This document shows positions 38,354 to 50,651 of a stretch of DNA of 64,000 nt, piece after piece. The notes under the pieces were generated by a model. That model did no database searches and was not told the DNA's origin. It saw only the letters and a list, made by a program, of their open reading frames with translations. The stretch comes from Mytilus trossulus (lineage: Eukaryota). Both the position numbers and the translations under genes were made by a program. The stretch is from assembly GCF_036588685.1 (NCBI RefSeq), contig NC_086383.1, forward strand, positions 36,890,001 through 36,954,000, read 5' to 3'. How positions within the stretch are numbered: position 1 is the first letter of the stretch; each line of letters begins with the position of its first letter.

Positions 38354-39435
38354 GTTTTAACACATGACGTCATTAATTTACGAGAACGTTTTAGATATGG
38401 ACGATGTTCCGCAATCCACGGATCCTATGAAAGTTCCTTGTAGGCTTGAAGGGTAAAGAAAGGGGGATATACGACTTTGGTAAGTTTTTAATTGATCTCT
38501 TTTTTTTTGGTTTAAACTTACTGTAAAATTGCGATTTGATGGTAGATTATTTTTTAATGTTTCTGTTAAATCTATTCCCATTTTTTATTTAATAAATGAC
38601 GATTAAGACTTTGACAAATTGTGTACTTTCAAATTGTTGTATGAAAAAAAACATAACTGAAAGGATAATTGAGCTTTTGAATTTCTTTCCCTCAATAATA
38701 TGCTTTAAAAGAGAAATATAAACCGAGGAAGATTAACTATAAAACTTTAAATGTTGAATAAACAGAAAATACGTTTCAAACCGGCGTTTATCTTTCCAAG
38801 TTTTTACTTCCCCTCCCCAAAATTTTGTATTTACTGTATTACTTTTTTAAAACACGTCCATATTAATGAAGTCTGTTTGATCTCCAGCTAATCTCCCTGT
38901 TTTAAAAGAAACCGTTAACATGACCCCTTAAAATTCAATCCAAAAATATGGGGAATAGATATCCAGATTATACCACAGTAAGAACAAAGAGATTTTACTC
39001 ATGCATGGTGTTAATGATTGTTTTTAGCCATGTCAACCCCCATGTCAGATGCATCGTAAAAGATAACCGGTCGATCTGCATTAAGGTTGAAATACATAAA
39101 ATTGGCTCTGGTGTAAAATAAGTTTTTAATTAAGAGAAAATTATCTGTCTCTTTAGAAATCAATGAAATTATTTCGTAACTGTACTTATTATTCCTTGCA
39201 AGAAAAGGTTTTGAAACTTTTCAAGGTCTAAGATGTTGGTGCGAATATATTAAAGAAAACATTATTTAACCACTAATTATACCAATTATTGAAACGACAA
39301 TTCGATTGATGATAATCAGATTAAAAGTTAAAGTACAAAGTATCAATATCCTTTGATTTTTATTCCAGATAACGTGAGGTAAAATTTTTAAACTTTCAAT
39401 TTCGACTAATACAGATATTATAAAATAGCTTTTAA

Positions 39436-39704
39436 GGTGGTACCCAACACTTTCACTAAAATTAATTTGGCTCGTTTCATCATAAAATTTTGTCAATTAT
39501 ACTTAGACCCTTTAACAAAAATACATAAAATTCAAAAATTTTGAACCAACCGTTTTGTCAGAAAAATTACACTGGTTATATATAGCAGTTTAACAAACAC
39601 CAATTTTGATCACTGAGAAGCTTAATATTCCGTTTACAACACAACGTAATTAAACCATTTAGCTGACTTTACAGAATTATCTCCCTGTAGTGTTAGGTAC
39701 CACT
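39436..39704. mobile_element. Kolobok-type MITE
   Basis: TIR GGTGGTACCCAACACT / AGTGTTAGGTACCACT, TTAA on both sides. Confidence 0.75.
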
Positions 39705-40544
39705 TTAAATTTTGCTCGACATTTATTTTGCAGTAAAAGTTCTCTGTCTTCATGCAGTTAGCAAGCTAATACTAATTCATGTCGACACTAGAAAATATCA
39801 TTTAACTTTAGTCCGTACCCTCATTGGTTAAATTACCTGCAAGTAAAATATCCTAGTACCTTGCTTAATCTGTTGTTTTCTGGTGTAAGTGTATTTTTTT
39901 TTAAATTGAAATAAATATAAAATTCTTCAAAAATTTCAAATTATACTAATTTGCGATTATGTTATCGTTAATTATTTGACATGTTGGCTAGACAGTCGAA
40001 ATCAAAATATTTGACCGATAAAATGTCGTTTTAAACAGGTTTTGTGTATCTATAAATACAAGTTTAACTTACATGAACGTTTTATAGCCTGATCCTTTTT
40101 TTTTTTTTTAAATTAACATTTACATCTAGTACGTATAAAACACCTTGAAGCAAATATCTGTTTTTGTAAAGATGAGGATAACATCTTTATAACAAGGTTT
40201 AGATCCAAAAATGTGGCCTAATTATACAACATCAATATAATCATAATTATGCAAGAATTTTGAGATCTCGGGGCAGATGGATAAGACCATGTATAAATGT
40301 GACAGACTGCTTCTTGAATAGAAGAGAATGTTGAATATGAATAAAAAATTAATAATGTAAAAAATAACTTGCGACCTCTTTTAGGATTATAGCACGGACT
40401 CTTGTACATGCAATACGATACAAAAAAGTACAAATGGAATATATGTCAATGAGATAGATAGTATTGTGACATAATCAACAGATATATACATTGATTAATT
40501 GGTCAAGCAGTGTTTTAATTCCATTTTTAAAATATGTGCTACTT

Positions 40545-40960
40545 CTTGGAGGTCAGTTTTTGTTGGTGGAGGAATATAGTGTGAGTGCCCGAGAGAACCA
40601 TGCACAGATCTTCGGTAGGAAAACTGACAATCCTATATATATATAAAGGTAACACACGGCCACCGAAAGCTTTATTATTGTGAATTAAGCCCATGTGGTC
40701 GTGTGGTCTAGCGGGACGGCTACAGTGCATGCGATTTGGTGTCACGATATCTCAGTAGCATTGCTTCGAATTCCGGCGAGGGAAGAATAAACAATTTGCG
40801 AAAGCAAGTTTACAGATCTAACATTGTTGGCTTGATGTTTAGACGAGTTATATACACATATCTAGTCAATTAAGATTGGAGTCGAGTGCACCTTCCCCTT
40901 ACGGTATTCGACCTCACAACTTCAGTGTCGACAGGCTAGTAATACAGTGTAGTTTGAGGC
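40545..40960 (-). mobile_element. Degenerate V-domain SINE, split by an insertion
   Basis: GGTGGAGGAA...GAGTGCCCGAGAGAACCA resembles the V-domain complement; host continues at 40862 and has a B-box-like complement GGTATTCGACC at ~40903. Confidence 0.5.
40635..40861 (+). mobile_element. Small (TA)n-flanked element with internal Pol III-like A and B boxes
   Basis: A-box-like TGGTCGTGTGGT (40696-40707), B-box-like GCTTCGAATTCC (40763-40774), TA-repeat ends. Confidence 0.55.
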
Positions 40961-43317
40961 ATGTAGAGGGGAAAGATAGATTTCAACACAGACGAAAGTA
41001 CATTTTAATATGAATCTCTATTTCGTCCTGTGTCTATGAATCAATTTAACAGAAGCAACAAAAGTTCAGCCATGTGCACACATTCCCAAAATAATGAAAT
41101 ACTACGTACTACAAATACTGACGAGGTTCCTAACTTTTGAAATGCACATACAAATTCGGCATGGTTACTTCCCTTCTTTCCATTATGATCCGGGCAAATA
41201 TAATTGCTTGTGATTCTTGGTTGGTATTTCAATAGCACAATTCAGCCTTTTTTATGATTTTGCATGATTGATTGCGTGCCTTAAAAAAAATGAACAGATA
41301 CAACAGAGAGGCCGACAGAAATTAGGTTAAATAAGCAAAATGGCATACAAAGAATTGACCAAGCAATCGGGGGTTAATATTTTCAGAGTTTCAATTTCTC
41401 TTTTGGAAAATTAAGGATTGAAATGATTAGTTTACAATAAGGAGGGGCATTTACGTGGTAGGATATGTCTCATGACTCGCAACTACGCTCCTCTTGTCGC
41501 AGTCTCCATGCACTTAAACATTGTCGCTAAAACTAGCATTTGTTTAAAATTATTCATCTTAGTAAATAAAAAGATTAGATAAAATTGTCAAGAGTAGACG
41601 ATGTAAGGTTGTTCAAATAATTATCAAATGTCAGGTTAATAAAAATAAAAGAGAAAGTTTAAATCAAAAGACAATGATGTAAGGTCGTTCAAATAATTAT
41701 CAAATGTCAATAAGTTTATAAATCTTCCCTTTACTCATTCCATGGCAATGAAATTGACAGATAGGGCTGAACATGACAAACACTTCACCACAAACTTGTC
41801 AGCTGATAGAGATCAGTTTCTAAATACCTGAGAGAAATACGATGTTAGATGTCGTTTTCATGGGTCACGTGACCTACGCATCTACTTAATGCTTTATATC
41901 GTATTCAAACGACAATAACTTAAATATACGAGGTGAAATCTTTAATTACATCTTTTTGTTTTATACCACCTCTAGGTAAACATAAGGTTATATTATTTTA
42001 TTGTTAACCGTGTGAATAATACATATACGACCCCCGCAATTACCATCATGTTAGACATGTTAGACCTAGAAATGGAATAAGCTGTCCGTTTTAAATGAAT
42101 GGGATATTATATATATTATAAATATTCAGGTAAGAATAATTTTATTGCAGTTTCCTTTCTTCTTTTTTTGCAGGCAGAAAAGGTGTGTACTTCAAAGATA
42201 CAAAAAATGATGATATTATCTGCATAAATAATTAATGTTTTATGAATTTTCGTGATCTCATTTCTCAATGACGTCTTGACATTATATGTGTATTTTACTT
42301 GCGCATATTATAAAGATTTATATGCTGATGCTAATGTGAGTTTTATAGTTGTAAAAAAAAATAAATATATAAATCAAACGAATGGTAGAATAAAAACACA
42401 TATTATAATCGTGGTCAATTGAAAACGATTGAAGATAAACATTTCAGAGCACTGTAAAGATAGTATTTATTAAATTAATTATCAAATTCCACATACTTTT
42501 AATGGGAGAAAAAACGGGATTTATATTTTAGGCATTCAAATACAGTATGAAAATATATATTTGTAGAAAATTTCGTAAAACATTTGCTACTGGACGTTAA
42601 GCAACCAGCAATCAATCAATCAATCAAAACTATTTAAAATTAACATATCAGAACATAGAAAAGAACAACAACATGCAAATTTCAAATATATCACACTAAA
42701 TCATCTTGTTATGTGTGTTTCATCTTAATCACATTGTTTACAGTATAAACATAATAAGATATCAAAATTATTAATAGTGATAAATCGTCTAATAATTTCG
42801 TAAAAAACAATGTCTCGAAAGGAAACGTCAAAAACATACATCGACTGTTTATCATGTATATTCCATCATTAAATCCAATACACAATACGATTGTTGATGT
42901 CTTCGTAGACAGTTTATGTGTAGGTGATAGATGATTGTCTTTTAATTGTCCATTAGACACAACTTGTCAGGAAAAACAACAGGTATAGTAGTTTATACAT
43001 GTAACGGTATGTTTTAAATAGTTTCGGAATCTTAAATTAGTTTAATTTGTATTTTGTTCAAATATTTTCATAGCGTTGAAATCGTTGGTTAATATTTATT
43101 TATGCTTTTGATTGATAATTGTAATTGTTTTATCGCAATTTATCATAAAATAGCTCTTCATACATATTAAACATTACACATGCTATCTCCATGGATTTTC
43201 GTTGGGTATACATGTAGAATTTGTACCATCCATCAATATGTAAAAGATGAAGGGCTTCAATAAGGCTAAACGAAATCTTTAAATGCACTGTTATAAACGC
43301 GCTTGACAAAGTCAATA

Positions 43318-43526
43318 CTGTAAATTCAGAAATTATTGCAAGGTTTTTATTATTGCGAAAAATGCGACAGAGTTGTAAACGCAATAATTTAAACTCGCAT
43401 TTTTTTAAAATAGTTTATATGATTTAAACAGGATTTTTCTCAAAGTCGTAAAAATTTAAATCGTATTATAGTCTAAAATGACAAAATTGCAATAATAAAT
43501 GCACGCAATAATTTCTGAATTTACAG
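43318..43526. mobile_element. Tc1/mariner-type MITE
   Basis: 22-bp perfect TIR CTGTAAATTCAGAAATTATTGC, TA TSD; partial copy ending at ~25180. Confidence 0.85.
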
Positions 43527-43980
43527 TAATCAACACACGGATACAATTCAATTATTTGAAATACCTTTTCACAAATTAGCATATTCATAACAGTACATAT
43601 ATACTACACGCCATAAACACCTCTCCCTATCCCCATTCTGCCGGGATTACCAGACTTATAAAATTAATGCATGTGGAATTTTGTCAAATGAGTCTCTGCA
43701 GCCCTTGACGTGCTTGGTGAAAATCAGAAAACTACACGTCAAGGAAATAATTCTGTTATTGGTGCACCTGATGCGCTAATATAGATGGACGTGTAAAAAA
43801 TCTCTCTTGTGGAATGGGACAATACGATGGATAACTAAAATATAACGGGTCAAAACTGAATACACTAACAACAGAGTGAATCTTGTATGCTTTAAACAAA
43901 CATCTACATCCAAATAATATTTTTTTGTTTACTTATCGAGACATTCCTTTGTCAACATTCAAGGACAAAGGACAAACAAC

Positions 43981-44748
43981 ATGGCTGCCCCCACGGATCA
44001 AAACAATGAACTTAATTCAGAACCATTGATTTGTAGTTCACAACCTGTAATGTCTCTTAACACTCCAGCAATTAAACCATCAAACAAACGAAAAGAACTA
44101 TTAAGTCCGGAGCTTCTCCCAGGAACACAAAAGCAAACAACACGTCAAATAAGACGTCGTAACTCAGTAGGAGATCTTAGAGAAATAGAAAAAAAAATAC
44201 CTGCACCAAGGAAAAGTATTGCTGATAAAGTTCTAGAGGCCCTGTCTAGCCCTGATGTCATTAATAAAATTGTACCAATTCTTGCTGAAAAAATAGGTGA
44301 ATCTTTTTCCTCAATGATTGAAGAGGAGGTTAAAAAATGTGTTGATCAGCAAGTAAAACCGATAGCTGAACTAGTCGAACAAAATGGTAAAAGACTTGAC
44401 ACTGACAATATTAGAATTAGTAGATTATATTCTAATGTCGAAAACGTCAACGAAGGTGTAAAAAGTAACACCAAAATTGTTAATGAAATTGATACAGAAG
44501 TTGGCACTCTCTTCAAAAGAATTGCAGATCTTGAAACCAGATTAGAAAACCAAGAACAATATTCACGCCGAACAAGTTTGCGTTTTCATAATATCCACGT
44601 GCCTATCGATCCCCGTACCGGTAAAATTCCTCACCCTATTAACACTGATATTTATATATTACAAGTCTGTAATTCCAAACTTGGCTTGAATCTAACTGTG
44701 AACGATATAGGGCGTAGCCATGTTATAGGGAAGGTAAAAAATGGGTAA
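43981..44748 (+). CDS. LINE-B ORF1 (coiled coil + start of L1-type RRM), apparently C-terminally truncated
   Basis: Heptad region ending LETRLENQEQYSRRTSLRFHNI; DIGRSHVIGK immediately before the stop. Confidence 0.75.
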   Translation: MAAPTDQNNELNSEPLICSSQPVMSLNTPAIKPSNKRKELLSPELLPGTQKQTTRQIRRRNSVGDLREIEKKIPAPRKSIADKVLEALSSPDVINKIVPILAEKIGESFSSMIEEEVKKCVDQQVKPIAELVEQNGKRLDTDNIRISRLYSNVENVNEGVKSNTKIVNEIDTEVGTLFKRIADLETRLENQEQYSRRTSLRFHNIHVPIDPRTGKIPHPINTDIYILQVCNSKLGLNLTVNDIGRSHVIGKVKNG

Positions 44749-47700
44749 CTGTATCGAACAATACAGGTTGGCCATAGGGTTATTTAACTCAGGTAAATTT
44801 CATTTTTCCGGATCAGATAATTTTTGTAACGGAGAAACATTTTCGGAAATTCTATTTACCAATTGTCGTTGTTCATTTCTCGTCGTCTCCTTGTCGCTTC
44901 TTCAAAGCCTTGATCCAAACATAAATGTTTTATTCCTTCTATTTGTGTTACATTTTATCCTAATAATTGGAAGCGTTGAACAAAATCCTGGTCCAATTGA
45001 ACATGAAAACGATTTTTCTCGTGAAACTGATAACTCCATATCAATATGCAATATTAACATTCGTAGTTTACGAAATAAGATTGATTTCATTCAAAATTTC
45101 GCAGAAGAGTTTGATATTGTAACAGTCACTGAAACGCACTTAGATCCAAACATAAATAACGAAGAATTAATGATAGATTCATTTTCACAAAATATATTCC
45201 GTAAAGATCGTAATAACGCCGGAGGAGGCTTACTCATTTATACAAAAGATGATATGTCAGTCACCAGAAAAGGTGTACTCGAAAACCACATTGACGAAAC
45301 TATCTGGGTGGAGATCAGAGGTAAAGGTCAAACTTTTTTATTATGTTGTACTTATCGACCGGAATGGTCAGGTGTTGAATATTGGACACGGCTAAATCAT
45401 GCTATAGAACTTGGTTATCAGTATACAGAAAACATTGTGGTTTCTGGAGACTTGAATTCAGATTTATTTTCGTATAATAATAATAAGTTATATGATATAA
45501 TTCATCAATTTAATTTAAAAAACGTTATTAATAAACCAACAAGGGTAACTGATCACAGTAGTACTTTACTTGATCCAATCATTTTAAGTGATGCTATACA
45601 ATTTTCTTTTTCTGATGTACTGAATGTACCTGATAACATCAGTGACCACGATGCCTCTATTATTTTTTTACAATGTCCAAAGTCCGAAACAAAGTCGTTT
45701 AAACGGGAAATATGGTTATATGAAAAAACAGATGTTGAAAAGTTTTCAAATATGTTGAATGCAATTGAATGGAATGAACTCTTTTCCAATGTTGAGGAAG
45801 TAGACGAAATGGTCACTATATTCACTGAAAAAATCCTCAGCATTGCAAGAGAGAGCATTCCAACCAAAATAGTAACTATACGTGGTAATGACAAACACTG
45901 GTTTAACACTAATATCAGAAAAGCAATTCGAATAAGGGATAGATTACGAAAAAAATCAATTAAATCTAAAAAAGAAACGGATATTAATAAATATAAGAAA
46001 TAGAGGAATAAAGTGAACAATATGAAAAAGGAAGCGAAAGAAAATTTTGAGAAAAACTTGGAAAATATAATACTAGATAACGCTTCAGATTCTAAGACTT
46101 ATTGGAAAATTATGAAGATGCTGATTAAGCCAAATAGAGGATCTAATAACATACCCCCATTAAAAAATATTCTTAATGATAATCGTTTTGAGGAGTTCGC
46201 CGATAGAGACGACGAGAAATGCGACATTCTAAATAAGTATTTTTGTTTCATTTCATCGCTAGCAGATGTTGATGCTCAATTACCCGATTTCGACAAAAAA
46301 ACTAACAATTTATTGAATGATATAGTGATTAGTACTAGTGAAATTGTTGATATCATAAAAACTATAAATCCCAAAAAAGCGTCCGGCCCGGATGTCATTA
46401 GTCATAAGATGCTTAAAATTTGTCCCGACAAAATTGCAATTCCATTATGTATTATATTTAATAAATCCTTGCATCAGTCCAAATATCCTTCCAGCTGGAA
46501 AATTGCAAATGTTATAGCCTTATTTAAAAAGGGGGATAGTTCATTACCTTCAAATTATAGACCTATATCACTCATAAGTTGCATAGGCAAAGTCATGGAA
46601 CGTGTTGTATATAAATATGTTTACAACCACTTACAAAGATTTAAATTAATTTATGAGTATCAATCGGGTTTTTACGGAAGCGTATTAGGGACATTGAAAA
46701 AATAAAATTGTCAGTGATTTTTTTTTTTCAAAGTCGAAATTTTGACTTCTCAAATCTCGAAATTTTGACTCTAACTTGAAATTTTGACTTTTCAAATCTC
46801 GAAATTTTGACTTAAACTTGAAATTTTGACTTTCTAAAATCTTGAAATTTCGACTTTTTTTAAACTCAAAATTTCGACTTATTTAAAACTCGAAATTTCA
46901 ACTTATTCTAAACTCGAAATTTCGACTTATTTAAAACTCGAAATTTCAACTTATTTTAAACTCAAAATTTCGACTTATCTAAAACCCGAAATTTCGACTT
47001 ATCTAAAACCCGAAATTTCGACTTATTTAAAACTCGAAATTTCAACTTATTTTAAACTCAAAATTTCGACTAATTTAATACTCGAAATTTCAACTTATTT
47101 TAAACTCGAAATTTCGAATTATTTTAAACTCAAAATTTTGACTTTTTGTAAACTCAAAATTTCGACTGTTGAAATCTCGAAATTTTGACTCTTTCTAAGT
47201 ACTTTTAAAACGTTGATGTTAGTATTCAAACACAGTTATTACAATTTTAGAAGGAGTAGACAAAGACGCAAATTATTAAAGCGTCATCCACACATTTTGG
47301 CAATTTATATTCAGAAATTGGCTTTGTTCTTAAATTAAGATATGGATCAGCATTTAATATTGAAGAAATCATTCGTAAAAAGAACATGCATGTTGACATA
47401 ATCCCCCCCCCCCACCCATTCCATTTTTTAGTTTCCACGACACTGTCATATGATCGTCAGATCTAAGGACATTTAGCATCACAGTTTCAAAGGCCTGTTT
47501 GGTATCCCAATAGCAAGTCACTGACTTTGCCTTGTTTAAAAAATGGTAAATCAAGTAGCCAAAAATGCCATGCATATTCAGGACGATAAATGAACTGCTC
47601 AGTTTTCTAGTTTTGGAAGTTTGCATTCTTATAACACAACTATTAACCCTTGTCTTTATATATTAGACTGTTGAATAAAAGTATGTGGTAATATAGATGC

Positions 47701-49763
47701 GTCGGAATAGCGGGGTAGTCTTGATACACATATCAGAAGTCCAGACTTGAAATATGTATTTGAACGTGAAACATTTTTTATTTATTCTTCAGCAAGAACA
47801 AGATTTTCTAACCTCTTTAAAATGGTTTAGTTTATTAAAATATGCTTATGAAGTTTATGATGTATATGGCTCTCCGCCTTGCTGATATAAATGACTGTGA
47901 ATGTGGTAATCGCAAAAGTATAAATACTAAGGAAAAGTCGAACTGTTAAGTTTTAAAAAAGTCGAAATTTTGAGTTTAAAAGAAGTCGAAATTTTGAGTT
48001 TAAAGGATTCGAAATTTCGAGTTTAGAAAAAGTCGAAATTTCGAGTTTAGAAATAGTCGAAATTTCGAGTTTAAATTAAGTCGAAATTTCCAGTTTAAAA
48101 AAAGGGCGAAATTTTGAGTTTAAAAGAAGTCGAAATTTTGAGATTTGAAATGTCAAAATTTCGACTATGAAAAAAAAGTTCACTGCCAATTTTATTTGTT
48201 CTATGTCCCTAATACGCTTCCGTAGGTTTTCTTCCTAAATGTTCAACGGTTCACCAACTGTTAGAAATATATAATTGCATATTGAACTCACTTGAAAAGA
48301 AAGAGATAAGTTGTTTCGTTTTTTGCGATTTCTCTAGAGCCTTTGATAAAGTTTGGCATGATGGTTTATTACATAAAATGAAGGCTTATGGTATAAATGG
48401 AAATCTGTTAAAATGGTTTAGAAGCTACTTAAGTGATAGAAAACAAAGGGTGGTTATCAAGCAATCTTCTTCAAAACTTTGCAGTATTTCAGCTGGAGTT
48501 CCTCAAGGGTCGGTCCTTGGACCATTACTTTTTATAATATATATAAATGATATTGCAGAAAGACTTATTTCACTGTGCAGACTCTTTGCAGATGACACAT
48601 CGTTCAGCTGTGCGGATCGTGATGCTTTTCAGATAGAAACTGTGATAAACCATGATCTAGAACAGCTGAACGAATGGTCCAAAAAATGGCTAATGTCTTT
48701 TAATCCAGATAAAACAGAAATTATGTTATTTTCTAATGTTGAAACCCCAGAAATGAACTTTATATTCAATGATAAAAATATACCTATTACAAATATGCAT
48801 AAACATTTAGGGGTTACATTTAGCAATGATGCTAAATGGAATGCCCACGTTGATAATATTATATCAAGCACGTCTAAACATATAAATATGCTAAGGAAGT
48901 TGAAATATAAACTGAGCAGGAAAAATTTAGAAAAACTCTATTTAGTTTTTATAAGACCTTTATTTGAGTATGCAAGTGAGGTTTGGGATAATATTGGGGT
49001 AGGTTATGTCAATAAACTGGAGCAATTACAGCTCCAAGCTGCTAGGATAGTTACGGGCTTACCTATATTCACAAGCTCAAGGGCTATTTATGAAGAACTT
49101 GGATGGGAAACATTAGCTGAAAGAAGAGAGAGAAGAAAAATCCAAATGTTTTATAATATTCAAAATGATAATGTTCCAGAATATTTGTCAAATTTAATTC
49201 CCCAAAAAATACAAAGTATGACGGTTTATCCTCTACGCAATGGAAATGACATCATTATTCCATTCTGCAGACTAGCATTAACTAATGATTCTTTTATTCC
49301 ATCAACCATACGTCTTTGGAATAATCTTGATGATTCAACTCGTGATGTGGAATCAATTAATAAATTTAAAACTGAACTAAAAAACCGTTACCCTCAGAGT
49401 AATATTTTTGTTCCGAAGCAATATGAATTTGGAAATCGAAAATTGAATATAATTCTCACCCAACTTCGATGTTTTGCATCATCCTTAAACTATGATCTAT
49501 ATAGGGTCAACATTATTTCTGACCCTTCCTGCCGCTGTGGTGTTAATCGTGAAGATTCCTATCATTTCTTTTTTAAATGTATATTATATTCAAACATACG
49601 AAATAAAATGTTTGAAAGTCTTCGCTGGCTTCCAAATGATTGTAAAATTAACATAGAACTACTTACCTCGGGTAGTTGTCTTCTTACTTTAGAGCAAAAC
49701 CGAAACATTTTCAAAAATGTCTTTGAGTTTATTAAAAGTTCGGAAAGATTTCAAATTGTCTAG
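44741..49763 (+). pseudogene. LINE-B ORF2 (leader + 2A-like + APE + RT), broken by TAG at 46001 and a 1.55-kb insertion
   Basis: NIRSLRNK, VTETHL, YRP, GDLN, SDH; KASGPD, NYRPISL, YQSGF|LP, FCDFSRAFD, GVPQGSVLGP, LFADD, HKHLG. Removing the insertion and one TSD restores CAA TCG GGT TTT CTT CCT. Confidence 0.93.
46673..48224. mobile_element. Non-autonomous IS3EU-type DNA transposon
   Basis: 22-bp perfect TIR TACGGAAGCGTATTAGGGACAT, 6-bp TSD GGTTTT (46667-72 / 48225-30), inverted subterminal arrays of ~21-bp repeats with palindromic core TCGAAATTTCGA. Confidence 0.88.
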
Positions 49764-50325
49764 GTAGCAAACCATGATCGCACACACATCATCATCTAAG
49801 ATTTCTTCTCCCTTTTTTTTTGTCCTTTTTAATTTTTTTTAATTGGGGTTTTGTTTTTTTTATTATTATTTTTGTGTTTTTTTTTGTTTTTTTCTGTTTT
49901 CAAAATAATTTATTCATTTATATATTTTTATTTTTATTTATTTTTTCTGTATTATTATTGTTTTCCTATTCTTCAATCTTCAATTTTCCGTCTTTTGATC
50001 CATATTTATATATATATTTACTAAATTAGATATACCATTCTTTACATGCATGCTCATACATATATTTTTGTATTATATTGCTATAAATGTTAAATGGAGA
50101 AGACTTCATAAGTCTGTTTGACTTGTGTCTTATCCAATTTGTACTTTAACAAATAAAATATGTTTAAACTAAACCTGATCTCCAAATCGATATTAATGTT
50201 CGTTCAGCAGCGAGTATTTCATTTACATTTAGCACTAAAACAAATCAATAAGAATTGAAAAGTGTTGAAATCCGCATAAAGATGACTTAAAGTCTACGGA
50301 TTTTACATGCAAAGATAGTGCATAT

Positions 50326-50538
50326 GAGGGTTTGGATGGGATGTTATGATTAAAGAATAATGCCCTTGAGAATGAAGATTAGAGAATAACGAGCAAAAAA
50401 AATGAAGATTAGAAAAATGCTTGGTCTAATTTTTTGAAGATTAGAGAAAAAGGGGTTAATTTTTTGAAGATTAGAGAAAAAAGGGGTGACATTAAATGTT
50501 TACAGAATAAAAGACCCCCCCCCCCCATCCAGATCCTC
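50326..50538. mobile_element. 213-bp MITE with internal GAAGATTAGAGAA repeats
   Basis: TIR GAGGGTTTGGATGGG / CCCATCCAGATCCTC flanked by direct repeat GCATAT (50320-25 / 50539-44). Confidence 0.7.
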
Positions 50539-50651
50539 GCATATGATTGATGAAAATGCAGGTTTTATGTTAAGGGTTAATGTGAGAATAATTGCATGCA
50601 TAATCTGGACGTAATGACTCAGTATATAAAAGAATGACAAATTCATTCGGG

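Larger units (their letters stand above)
43773..50172 (+). mobile_element. LINE-B: near full-length CR1/L2-group non-LTR retrotransposon, inactivated
   Basis: 5' UTR, ORF1, APE-RT ORF2, 3' end AATAAAATATGTTTAAACTAAA; candidate 7-bp TSD ACCTGAT (43766-43772 / 50173-50179). Confidence 0.9.

Noticed and set aside
40689-40780. tRNA gene
   Set aside because: A/B-box-like motifs are present, but I could not build a convincing cloverleaf and it sits within a repeat.
46730-47195. Regular ~21-bp palindromic repeats resembling a CRISPR array or iterons
   Set aside because: No unique spacers, no cas genes, eukaryotic context; they are the subterminal repeats of a TIR element.
49820-50029. Highly hydrophobic 69-aa ORF
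   Set aside because: Translation of the T-rich LINE 3' UTR, with a TTG start.
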